A DNA stretch of 64,000 nucleotides from the human T2T-CHM13v2.0 reference genome, Homo sapiens. Position 1 is the stretch's first letter. Each line of letters opens with the position of its first letter. The notes beneath the pieces are model-generated. The model saw nothing but the letters and a program-made list of their open reading frames with translations, did no database searches and had not been told where the DNA came from. The stretch is from the NCBI RefSeq assembly GCF_009914755.1, contig NC_060934.1; one strand, written 5' to 3'. Position numbers and translations under genes: made by a program. Positions 52,501-64,000 of this stretch are shown here, piece after piece.

Positions 52501-53877
52501 CGATGCTCACATGCTTGACTTCCACACAAACTATCTTCATGAAGAAAGAGTTCTGGAAAGTTTCTCCATTGCCTATGAAACCATACAAAAATGGAGAAAA
52601 ATGAAGGTGGGGGATTAAATGTAATTCAGCTCCAAAAGCAGATGAAAGGTATTTGGGTCTTTGTAGTAAAAATGAGTGTTTTTCTACTAAGATATTTTAC
52701 TGTATTAGTAACAGCTGGGGCAGAGTAAAAATTAAAACTTCGTATGCATTTTCCCAATATAAATCGTCTTATACTTTTGAAAAACGTTCATACAATTTCT
52801 TTTATTTTCAGCAAGTTGAAGAGAACAGCCAGCTAAAAAGCTGGCGTCTTTCCCACTGGCTCCTGGATCATCTTTTCTTTCTTTATAGACGCTAATGATA
52901 CTTTAAAATATATTTAGAAGTGTGCTTGATCAAGTAACTTCTCCGTCTGAGGCTGGCAAAGCACTATACTTTCTCATTGATTTCTATCGGCAAAAGTATA
53001 GTTGGAAATTAGGAAAATAAGCCACAGGTATTTTTCAACATACTTCTCTCTAGAATAACTCTTTGCTTCCCCCAAATGTTCAGAAGTTGAGAATGTGTCA
53101 TGGCTTTTTAGGACTCTATAATGTGACTTTTTTGTTGCCTTGGATTTTCCCTTATCTCAGTAAGTGGTTAGCCCATCAAAAATAAATCCTAAGGTATAGC
53201 TTGCTCAGATTACTTTTTTAACAGAAAATGTGATCTTTTATCTTCCATTTCTAAACTAGAACTTTGAACAGTGACTCTACTAAGAAAGGCAGCCCTGTGG
53301 GTCCTAGGTTTTGACTGTGATATTACTAAAGGCTAAATCCCTTTCTCCCTACACAGCAGACATCCTGACAAGTAACTCTCAAGCTCCTTGTGTACTTATT
53401 CTCAACACAAAGGCATTGACTCAAGATAGCCACAAATGCCAGTTTCCCCCCAAAACTGAATTGACAGTTTTATCAATAGTTCCAGAAAGCCTTTATTATA
53501 GCTGAAATGAAAACATTAAAACAACTTTTAAAAACTTTATTCCTTGACTAAAGTTTTATCAAAAATGTCCACTTAAATTTCAAGAACTTATGGTCATTTG
53601 GGAGATTAAAAACTGGTATGAATCTTTAAAGTACAACCAATCGTCCAACTGGTACAAGCTCATGTGTCTGAGAAGTGGGGCAGATCCCTGGTAGCAACAA
53701 GAATGAGATGCAAACATGGCCTTAGAGGAAACAACAGTACAAGGTCCAGTCAGGCCGACGGTCACCTCCCTCTACAGCAACTTCTCCAGTCCTACTACTT
53801 GCCATTGACCATGAGAATGTTTACATAGGATTTACATAGGATGGGCGTGGCCCATGCACGGAATGTCAAAGCTATTA

Positions 53878-54276
<399 letters not shown>

Positions 54277-56197
54277 TTATAAAAGTCCCAGGTACAAGAA
54301 TTCCTAAGCCATGCTTCCAAAATGTAGTACAGAGAGATCTTTCAAATTTTTATTAGCTGAAGAAATCATTCTTCAAATAAGTCCTACAGGAAAGGTACTT
54401 ATAATAAACATAACAGCGGAGCTGCATGGCTGAATGGAAAAATGGTATCCTGGAGCCCCAGCTCTTTGGCTCTCCCAGCCCTCCTCCAGAAGGCAGCTTT
54501 GGTGAGCACAATTTGAAAGCCACCATACTGCCCCAAAGAGTCTCAGTGTTTTCCCTGCTTGCAGCTTTGTTACTAGAAGTTATGTCAAAAAAGTGATTCT
54601 CCCTGCTAAAAATTGTCCGAAATAATTTTTTTTAATTTATTACCAGAACTAACAAGTTTCATGTAGAGTGCTTCCCGCCTGGGCATTATTAGAGCATGAA
54701 TCTTCTATAAAAACAATAAAAATATCTTTCCATGTTGGGCATATGGAGTAATGGGCATACTCCAGATAACATCTAATCCAGGAATCAAACAATTGTGACT
54801 AAATATTCCACCAAAAATAAAGCCAAATCAGTTCATTAGGATGCCTTAAAGACTTTAGATATCACAGCCAAGTATTTCTCCCCGCTCATTTTTCACATAC
54901 ACCTTTCCAGGATTTCAAGAAAAGCTCTAAATATTAATTCAGCCAATTAATAACTTGACTACTCTCTCTTGTCATTTCATGTTGTGTGTCTACCTTGTTG
55001 AGCTGAGTTGACACACAAACTAATAACAACATATGCGGTTTCCACAGAGATGACACTGTCACTTGGGGATTTTGAAGTTACAAGAGCTGTGCACATTTAA
55101 AAAATATTACACTGTACTATAAAGAAGGAGAAGATGGGGAGTATATAGAATAATGGAAGATGGAAGTAAGAAAGAAACTAAAGAGAGAAATGGTTCCAGG
55201 GCTGCCAGGGAGGGTGTGCCTCCTCAACCCTAATCCAGGTTCCTGGTAATGAGGCAAGTGTGTGTTTTGATGAAATGAGAACGACTTCATGCTGCACCCA
55301 CTTCAGTTTTCTCAGAAGCAGAGCAGCCTCGCCATAAGAGATAGTCAAAATATTTCTTCTTCACAAAGAAATCCGGATCCACGATCATTTCATTAATTAT
55401 TGGCATCCTAGATGATATCAAGAGACCTAGAGCAGGTTTGGAACAAGGTGAAGGAAAAGGAAAGAAAACAAGCGCTAAACTTGTCAATGGTTATAAATGA
55501 CAAAATAAAAAACACACCTGGAAAATTTTTAATTCACAGTCTCATATTATTTTTCACTTTTAGATGAGACATATGAAGTTCTTAAAAAACTGTGACTGGA
55601 TAGCATTGAGGGACTGGTAGCCATTCATACACCCCTTGTAGGGGGTGGCACCTCTGGATAACAAGCACTGGCCTTGGTGCCATCTGTCTTAGCACTTAGT
55701 CTGCCCTCTTTCCCCATCTATCTGACTATCCAGCTTGACCTCAGTGCTGGAGAGAGAGCCAGCTGGTCCCAAGCATGCCAGCTGCCTCTGTGACCTCACA
55801 TGGGCAGACAGGAACAGGCACATGAGGAGGCTTCCCCAAGGTCTCTCCATCACACCCACACTGGCCTGCAGAGAGGAGGAGATCCTCCGTTGCACACAGA
55901 AGGCCCCCACAACCATATCTGTGGTGTCTGTTTAACCCAAAGGAGTAGACTGGTAGTGCCTGGCAGAGTTCTGAGTGCAAAGCAGGCACCAAGAGAGGAG
56001 TGGGAGGAAGATGAACCACATGCCACTTCCTCTCTGTGCTCTGGCTCTTGTAAAAGGAGGCAGCTGGACCAGATGACTTCGATGACAGTCCTCACTCTTC
56101 TAGAATACTGTGATTTGATGTGATAGGAGGGTTTGGGTGTTTGCAAATTTAAAAAAATATATAAGGAAGTTTTATTCAAGCAGAGTTTATATATAAT

Positions 56198-56670
56198 CTG
56201 CACTGGCCAATACAGTAGCCACTAGCCATATGTGGCTACTGGTAGGGAAATGTGAGTAGTGTAACTGGAGAACTAAATATTTAGTTTTATTTAAAATTTC
56301 AAATTAAAATTGATATTCAATTCAGATACTAGAACACATGCAAGTGTGTTTGGAACAATTTGGATATGCAAATCTACTTTTCTAACTTTAAATTTTATGA
56401 TATAACATACAGATCAAATATTTCTGACAAAAATTTTGCATCCAAATTGAGACGTAAAATACATAACAGGTTACAAGATTTAGTACCAAAAAATGCAAAG
56501 TAGCTCAATGATTTTATATATTGATTCATGTTGAAATAATATTTGGGATGTGTTCAGTTAAATAAAACATATTATTAAATTAATTTCACTTTCTTAAAGC
56601 TTTTTAAATGTGGTTATTCGAAATGTGAAATTAGATGCATGACTTACACTCCATTCCTACTCGACAGCAC
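56198..56670. mobile_element. Charlie1-family hAT deletion derivative (Charlie1b/MER33-like)
   Basis: ccaatacagtagccactagccatatgtggctact start and aatgtggttatt...gacagcact end with internal Charlie1-like sequence. Confidence 0.8.
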
Positions 56671-56794
56671 TCGTCTACATAAAGAACTTACACAGTACTA
56701 ACAAAAAGAGAGCCCGATCTGTCAGAAATTGTCTTCCTGAAGGCAGGTGTTTCATCAAACAAGCAGAGAACACTTAGCAATCAACTACTATGCC

Positions 56795-56795
<1 letters not shown>

Positions 56796-56865
<70 letters not shown>

Positions 56866-56874
56866 CTCTTTCGT

Positions 56875-56913
<39 letters not shown>

Positions 56914-56914
56914 T
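56796..56914. repeat. (TTTC)n/(TC)n compound microsatellite
   Basis: Direct read. Confidence 0.97.
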
Positions 56915-56984
56915 GTAGAGGTGAGGCATGAAGATATGTCCTCAGGCACTTGTGCCGAAAGAAGCATTCGTGTGCTCATGGACG

Positions 56985-57500
56985 TGTTCCCTCACCCTGC
57001 TGGTCACTGTGTTCAGCACCAGGGACATATAGAGAAATGAGACTTGGTCCTTGCCCTCAAGTTTCCATGGGCGAGAAAGACAAGGACACCAATAATTAGA
57101 ACACACAGACAGGTGCTACAGAAGCAGGGATGGGGTAACGTAAAACAGAATGAAGAGGTCAGCACTCAGCACAATGCTTTCTAGGTCAGATCTCTTTTCG
57201 CTACCCATGAAACTTACAATTTCACAAGTGACCCCTTGATATTCTAGTCAACATGCCCAACTGCTCATAACCTGAACAGAGAATACAAAACTCCCTTTAC
57301 GCCCTGGCTACTACTGTTAGTGCTGGTGATACAATGGGGAATGAAGCCGATAAGATCCCCTTTTCAGAAGCTTCAATTCTTGAATATCGAGCCAGGGAGT
57401 AAACAAATAAAAAAATGAACAAGATAATTTTAGATAGTAACAAGTGCTATGAAGAAAATAAATTAGTATGGGTGAATTGAAAGTGACCAGATAGGGAACA
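56985..57500 (-). mobile_element. L2 3' fragments (two pieces)
   Basis: cactgtgttcagcaccagggacat...tggtccttgccctcaag and gtgctggtgatacaatggggaatgaag...ttagatagtaacaagtgctatgaagaaaataaa. Confidence 0.7.
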
Positions 57501-59253
57501 ATTGTTTTTGAACTCTCTGCTTCCTTCCATGTTTACATTCCCCAGGAAAAATAAATCAAGACAGTGAGGAGCCAGCTGAATCAGGTATTTCACTCTATTA
57601 GGGTAGTAATTCTCCAAAAATTGCCCTCTAAACCAAGAAATTCATTTAATAGTGAAGACTGACTGGTTTCTCAAGTAATGTGTTCAATTCAAATATACTT
57701 ATTACTGAAGATAATAGATATGCTTTGGTAACACTTATCTCTTAAACTATTTGTATAATTATAGTTTCCATCACCTTTATTAACTTATAGCTTAATAACA
57801 ATTCAAAAAGACTGATAAAGTATAACCACTGAGTAATGAAATAAATTCTCCTGTGTACCTTGTGGAAATAAGTCTTGTTGTTTCATAGTCAAATGTAACA
57901 TTCTATGAAATGATTTCTTCTGATAATTCAATAAACTCTCGTAATTTAATGTCTATATAGTAATTATATTTAAGCTGGCCAAAAGGAAATATAATGAAAG
58001 TAACTAAGTAAGGCAAAATAGCTCTTACGCCAACTTTGTCGCTAAGTAGCTATGAGACCTTACAGAGACCTTATCCTACCTAGTTTCTGTTTCTGTATCT
58101 GTAACATGAAAGGAATTCTTAACTCTCCCAACATACACGCTGTGATGCTGAAATACAATTACAGTAAGGATGAAGTGATTGATTTTTGCATCCTTTTATG
58201 TTAGTGAGTTCTGACCAAGATGTAAGGAAAGCAAATTCACTTTCAAAACATTTCTTTCAAGAAGCAACTTAAAGGCAAAGGTACAAAGGAGATTGTATTT
58301 GAAGATTCAGGAGACTGTTGGCCCAGGAATCATTTGCTGACTCTGTGTAGGAGGAATGGAGCAGCACATATAAGAAAGCAAAGGATCTTATCTCTAGAGA
58401 ATGAAGCATTTAATTCGTTGATTTAGGAGGTCATACTTATAGTAGGATTAAAAAAAAAAAAAAACTAAACACTACTCCAGATGCTATAATGAAAATCAGT
58501 CAAATTTCAGACTAAAACTCAGATAATAATTCTTTAGCATATTGTGGAACATATCCACCATGCAGAAATTTAAGTCTAACAAAAAGACATCTTATTTTCT
58601 TGGATTTAGCAATGAACTGACTTCCTGCCATGGAAAGGGCTACATGTAGAGTTTATAGCCTCATCCTTCTGTAGAGTGGAAATAACACCTGCTTCTTCCC
58701 TATCTTACTAGTGTGTTTCAATAAGCAATGTCTATGAAGCAAGACGGACATCACAGAGAACAAAAACATTAACACGCAAACACAGGACATCATCTTGTTG
58801 GGGAGACAGTAACACAGATTGGCACTCAGGGTTCCTGAGTAGATTTGGGATTCACCCTCTTCCTACTTGTCCTTGAACTTGGCAAGTGTTAGCAGGTTTT
58901 CTCTTTCATGTTGTTTTGGAAGGCAAATTGGAATCAGACTAATTGAGTTTCATGTTATATGTTCCACAACTTTGCAACTTTTTCCTTGCCCTTCCATTAG
59001 ATCATGCCAATATAATCACAAGAACGATTAAAGTTTGAATATTCAAAACAGTCTGTCTGGAATATAAGGTCCTATGTTTTGGAGATAAAGGTGATGAGGT
59101 CCTTTCAAAAAATACAACTCGAGAACAATTTTTTCATTCTTTCCCAATATCTTTTAAAAAGGGGCTGAGAGTGAACAGCATTGTTTGTAATACTGTGAGG
59201 TATTCGTTGATTCAGGCAGATTTCATCCTACTTATCTTTTGTATCTTCTAAGA

Positions 59254-59574
59254 CATGAGTCAGCAAACATTTTTGTAAAGGGCCAGAGAGTAAATATTTC
59301 AGGCTCCAAAGGCCAGGTGGTCTCTATTGCACCTAATGGACTCTGTGAAAAAGCAACCAGAGACAATATGTAAGGGTATCAAAATGTCTCTCTAATCCAA
59401 TAAAACTTTATTTATGGACATTGAAATGTGAGTTTCATATAACTTTCAGGTGTCACCAAATATACTCCTTGTTAATTTCTTTCTAACCATTTAAAATGTA
59501 AATAACATTCTTAGCTTACAGGCTATACCAAAATAAGGCTGGATGTGGCCTGCAGGCCTGTTTGCTGACTGCTC
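59254..59574 (+). mobile_element. MER58B (hAT-Charlie)
   Basis: gtcagcaaacatttttgtaaagggccagagagtaaatatttcaggct...ccaataaaactttatttatggacattgaaat...gtttgctgac; TSD-like ttctaaga/ttctgagg. Confidence 0.88.
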
Positions 59575-59669
59575 TTCTGAGGTAGCACATTGTTAATAAC
59601 ATATCATTCTGAGGGTCTTTGGGAAAGGGTGAATGGACAGCATGGTCAAAACCTGATGCTTGGAATATT

Positions 59670-59775
59670 TATGTGTACATACATGTATATGTGCATACCT
59701 GTATGCATATACACACAGGTATATGTGATATGCATACATGTATGTATACATGTGTGGATGTGTGTATTCACATAA
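59670..59775. repeat. Alternating purine/pyrimidine low-complexity tract (TA/TG/CA)
   Basis: Direct read. Confidence 0.8.
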
Positions 59776-61257
59776 TACCCATGAAAATTTGTCCTCTGGA
59801 TTTGAACATGATCACTGACATTTCAGTGATGGAAAAACGTATGTTGCTATGTACATTTTCTATACCATGTCCACGCAGATAACGTTTCTTTAATTCACTC
59901 ATTTAACAAATATTTATTGGGTACCTTCTTTAATGAAGCAGCATAATCCAAACATTATTTAAGACACCCAAACTCAACAAATGGTCAGCAAGCATAAGTA
60001 AGAAAACAATTTTAAGTAGTACAGGTGATTGCATATGGCATTCACTCAATGGTCATCTTCCCTGGAGTGAACCTCTAACAGTGTCATAAACACAATGCCC
60101 TGTATGCAATACATAGCATATCTGGTTCACTATGTCCAGTTCCTCCCCTAGGGTGGGGAGAGGGCATAGGAAGTTCTGATGCTTTATATTTTATTTGTAA
60201 TTTCCTATTATATACGACACATATCTTACTTCAATTACTTTGTAGAGCACATAAATTACTTCAATTACTTTTAGGGCAACACATGGGAATACATAAATAT
60301 TTATGGGGTATCGCCTATGTATGTAATACTGTACTAAACCCAGTGGAAAATTAAAGAGAAAATGCATAATCTTTTTAAACATCAGAATCATGATTACAGA
60401 CTTACAGGCTTCTTTTTGGCATTATTTCATTAAAAAAACTAAACTTGGAGGTTTGTCAACAGTTAATGAGTGTTGCAAATTTTAAACAATTATCTGGCCA
60501 TTAAAGATGTGGAAGTTATGGAAAGAACGAGCTCAGGTCTGTGACCTAAAAGAAACTCTATCTACTCTGAAAGTGAATACATTGTCCTTTAAGAAATGTA
60601 AGATGCTTGTTCCCCTTCTCTCACCCCATCCTCCTCCCTCCCACCACGCATGCACAAAATTGTTATTCAGAGAAAGGGAAGGGCCAGATGGTTTTGGGGA
60701 TTAGCAATGAGGAAAGGCCCAAGTTTCACCTCAAGGTTGTTATTAAATTCTAGCGCAGATTGGCAGGGATACAAAACCAGGGCCATCGGAGAGCTCTCTG
60801 GGAGTCTTGGTCCAGTTCCTAATGAGCAGGTGTTGACATGTAACAAGCTGCCTGAACAACGGAGCTGCAGGCAAGGAGCCGCTACAGTTACCCAGGTGGA
60901 CTGAATCTGCCCCAGTGCTTCCGCCGGCACAAGAAAGCTTGCACTAAACTCCGTACACTTAGCCATCAGTAATCAGTATCTAGGTTTTGCTCCTTCCCGC
61001 AACAAACCAAATAATTTAATGAAAAAATTTAAATTGTGGTCTTTTCTGCAGAGGTGGTGATATCGCAACACTTTGCTCCACTCTAAAAATTCTTTCCAGC
61101 ATACATCTAATTTAAATCAAATTTAATTTGGGTTACAGAAAGTTTCAATACCCCTGGGCATTACCGAGTGTCCGTTACATTAGCCCTTTTCTAGATGAAA
61201 ATTAGCTTGAACAATCTATTCAATGAAAACAAAATATAAATCAAAACCTCCAATACA

Positions 61258-61284
61258 GTGTGTGTGTGTGTGTGTGTGTGTGTG
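61258..61284. repeat. (GT)n microsatellite
   Basis: Direct read. Confidence 0.95.
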
Positions 61285-61923
61285 CAGCCATGGCACTAAA
61301 ATCTAGTAAGATTTGGCTAAAGTCTGTACTACACCAGTGATAACAGTGGGATTTGCTAAATAGAAATACCATTTTACTACAGATGTGTAATGGATATTAC
61401 TTTGTCAGTGAGCTCTTCAGTCAGACTGGTGAGACAAGCACAGGATAACAACCAGTGGTTTAAAACAGATGCGATATTTGTGTCTATTTTTAACAATAAT
61501 TTTCTAGCCAATTTGAGTTTTTAAAAAGATTTCAGATCCTATGAATAGGAGTTATGGGAAAGGAATAAGAATGCTGATTCGGCTTCCAACCAAAATCTTT
61601 TACAAGTCTTTCTCACAGTAATGTCAAATAAAAAAGAAATCATGCTTATTTAAAAAGAATTGCCCCACTTTATGAGTACTTGTGAGTATTAACAGCAGAA
61701 ACAACAATCCTAAGGTAACTACTGCATTTCATGATAGCATATTCTATCAAGGTGGCAATAAAACCAGTCTTGGGGATAAGCAGATCATTCCAAGGTTTTT
61801 TTTTTACATTACAATAAAAACTTTATTTATAAAAGCAGGTGCAGTCTGCAGGTGCAGTTTGCCTTTAGATTCTAAAGAAACAAGTCTTGCTTCAGGTTAG
61901 GGGAATTTCCTGTCATATCTTGA

Positions 61924-62127
61924 ATTATATTTTATTTATTTTTTAATTTTTAAGTTCTTGGGTGCATGTGCAGGATGTGTAGGTTTGTTACACAGGTAAA
62001 CGTGTGCCATGGTGGTTTGCTGCACCTATCAACCCATCACCAAGGTGTTAAGCCCAGCATGCATTAACTATTTTTCTTAATGCTCTCCCTCTCCCCACCC
62101 CACTTCCCAACAGGCCCCAGTGTGTGA
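61924..62127 (-). mobile_element. L1PA (about PA8-10) 3' end
   Basis: catgtgcaggatgtgtaggtttgttacacaggtaaacgtgtgccatggtggtttgctgcacctatcaaccc...caggccccagtgtgtga. Confidence 0.92.
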
Positions 62128-62328
62128 AGTGACTCTGCAGGCTTTCTAAAGCTCAAGAGCTCTTCCTGCATTGAGGGTGGCAACAAAAAAATAAAAATAA
62201 TTTTGAAAACTGTGGCTGTGTAGAGCTTTTCTGTAAAAGCCATTTTTATTCATTTTTCCTGCCTTCAACATATATTCATTCTAAAAATTTCAAATCGTGG
62301 ATTTTAAAATCAGAAGAACAAAAAATAT

Positions 62329-62642
62329 ACATTATGCTAAGTGAAATAAGTCAGTCACAGAAAGACAAATACTGCATGATTCCACGATATGAGGTATCTA
62401 AAACAATCTACTTCATAGAATCAAAGAGTGGAATGGCGGTTCTCAGGGGCTGCGGAGAGTGGGAAATGGAGGTTACTAATCAATGGGCATAAAATTTTGG
62501 TCAAGCAACATGAATAAGCACTAGAGACTTGCTGTATATCTTTGCACTGATAGGCAATGATACTAAACTGTACTGTACACTTACAAATTTTGTTAAGAGT
62601 GCAAAGATCATGTTAAGTGTTCTTAACCACAATAAAATAAAA
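62329..62642 (+). mobile_element. L1MA/MB 3' end
   Basis: acattatgctaagtgaaataagtcagtcacagaaagacaaatactgcatgattccac...catgttaagtgttctt. Confidence 0.9.
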
Positions 62643-62719
62643 TTTTAAAACTGCCACTCAAAAAGCACAGGATAAATAAAAGGAAAATTTCAGCTAGGAA
62701 GAATTTTTTAAAAATTGTA

Positions 62720-63110
62720 TTGCCACTATTCAGAAATGAGTACCATTAGTATTTTGTTGTATATTATCCCAAGCATCTCTTTATGTTTATATGTATTTAA
62801 ATGTAACTATTTTACCAAGAATATAATCATTCAAGTAGTTTTACAATCTACTTTAAAATGTATTATGTGTTAACATATATAATGAATATCCATGCAAATC
62901 ACTAAGTCCTCTTCTATAACTTTTAAAAGGTTGTATAATATTCCATGTGATGTACATGTCATTTTTTAAACCAGTCCCTTTCTATTACACATTTAGATTG
63001 CCTCCAATTTTTTTTATGAGAGAAACAATGCTATAAATGGCCACTTATCACCAGATGAGTTCATATACCCATTAAGTAACTTAGGATAAATTTCTGGAGG
63101 TAGATTTCAG
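62720..63110 (-). mobile_element. Degenerate L1ME fragment
   Basis: ttgtataatattccatgtgatgtacatg...ttaaaccagtccc...acatttagattgcctccaattt. Confidence 0.65.
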
Positions 63111-63729
63111 GAAAGGTGAAATCAACCTGACTTAACGGCTAGGCTAAAATATATACTGAAGAGACTGGTGGAATTAAACTGTATTTCTATCATCCCATTC
63201 CCAACTCTACTTATATATTCTCTGTCCAAGAATTTTCTGTGACAGTTGGCAGACAGAATGGGGACCGGGAGAAATATATTATCTATGCTATGTTTCATTT
63301 TACTTACAACTTATTAACAGCTGTAAATTATTTAAAACCCAAGCTGTTTTTTAAACCCAAAGTCAAAATATTCACGATAATATTTACCAGTGCCACATTT
63401 TGAATTATTCAAGTATTATGGATCATAGAGCAGTAATATTGATCAAAAAAGAGCTTAGAACTATACTGGTTTGGGGTTGTGTGGATAACCAAAATAAATG
63501 ATTTATAAAACTAAGAATATAAATAAAAAAATGCATAAGTATTAACGGGGTAAATGGTTTTGATGAGACACCAAAGAATTTACTGCTCAGTAAGGCCTGG
63601 GAGGATGCCTGAGGATTACTGTATCATAACATTGATGGTAACATTAGACTACTTACATGAACTGTTAAATTCATAACAAATGGTGTATACATTTGTAATA
63701 TGCCTTAACATGCAGGAGACTGAAATAAA

Positions 63730-64000
63730 TGATCCTATATGCACACTCACTTGGAATTGTTGGTGAACTATATTTTTCCTCCCTATAAGTCTGAGTTGTT
63801 TATGTGACTGGCTTTAGGCAATATAATGTATAAAAAAGAACAAAAGCAATTTTGCACTAGTCCAAGCCTAGGCCTCAAGAGAATTTGCACACTTCCATTC
63901 TGTTTAGGAACATGGCCAAGCTACCATGTCAAAAAGCCTGGGTTAGCCTGGTAGATAATCAGAGACATGTGGCCCATCACCCCCCACCCCAGACAACAGC
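63730..64000. mobile_element. MLT1-type (ERVL-MaLR) LTR, cut by window end
   Basis: tgtgactggcttt...ccaagcctaggcctcaagag...ccatgtcaaaaagcctgggttagcctg...gagacatgtggccca. Confidence 0.7.

Noticed and set aside
60218-60276. Short tandem duplications (30 bp here; 13 bp near 50543; 11 bp at 53821)
   Set aside because: Ordinary slippage-scale events with no functional cue.

Overview
Human genomic DNA (a human-specific AluYb8 is present) from the 5' part of ANK3 (ankyrin-G, 10q21), transcribed on the minus strand. The only coding sequence I can support is the 114-nt coding part of the ANK3 first exon usually called exon 1e (50674-50787, MAHAASQLKKNRDLEINAEEEPEKKRKHRKRSRDRKKK). The ORF track missed it because it is short. 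Positions 1-50673 are the following intron (exon 2 is not in the window). Positions above about 51.1 kb are the exon-1e promoter/upstream region. The rest is mostly interspersed repeats (Alu, MIR, L1, L2, L3/CR1, hAT-Charlie MITEs, LTR33, MLT1) and microsatellites, annotated by eye, so subfamilies and edges of old elements are approximate. I found no new multi-gene system. The most interesting observations are a uORF-rich exon-1e leader with a duplicated start-codon module, a perfect 72-bp tandem duplication beside an enhancer-like motif cluster, a perfect 22-bp-stem hairpin in the intron, an ancient MER5A piece inside a younger Alu, an RE1-like site in an L2 remnant, a G4/GC-box insert in an LTR33, and two candidate poison exons.
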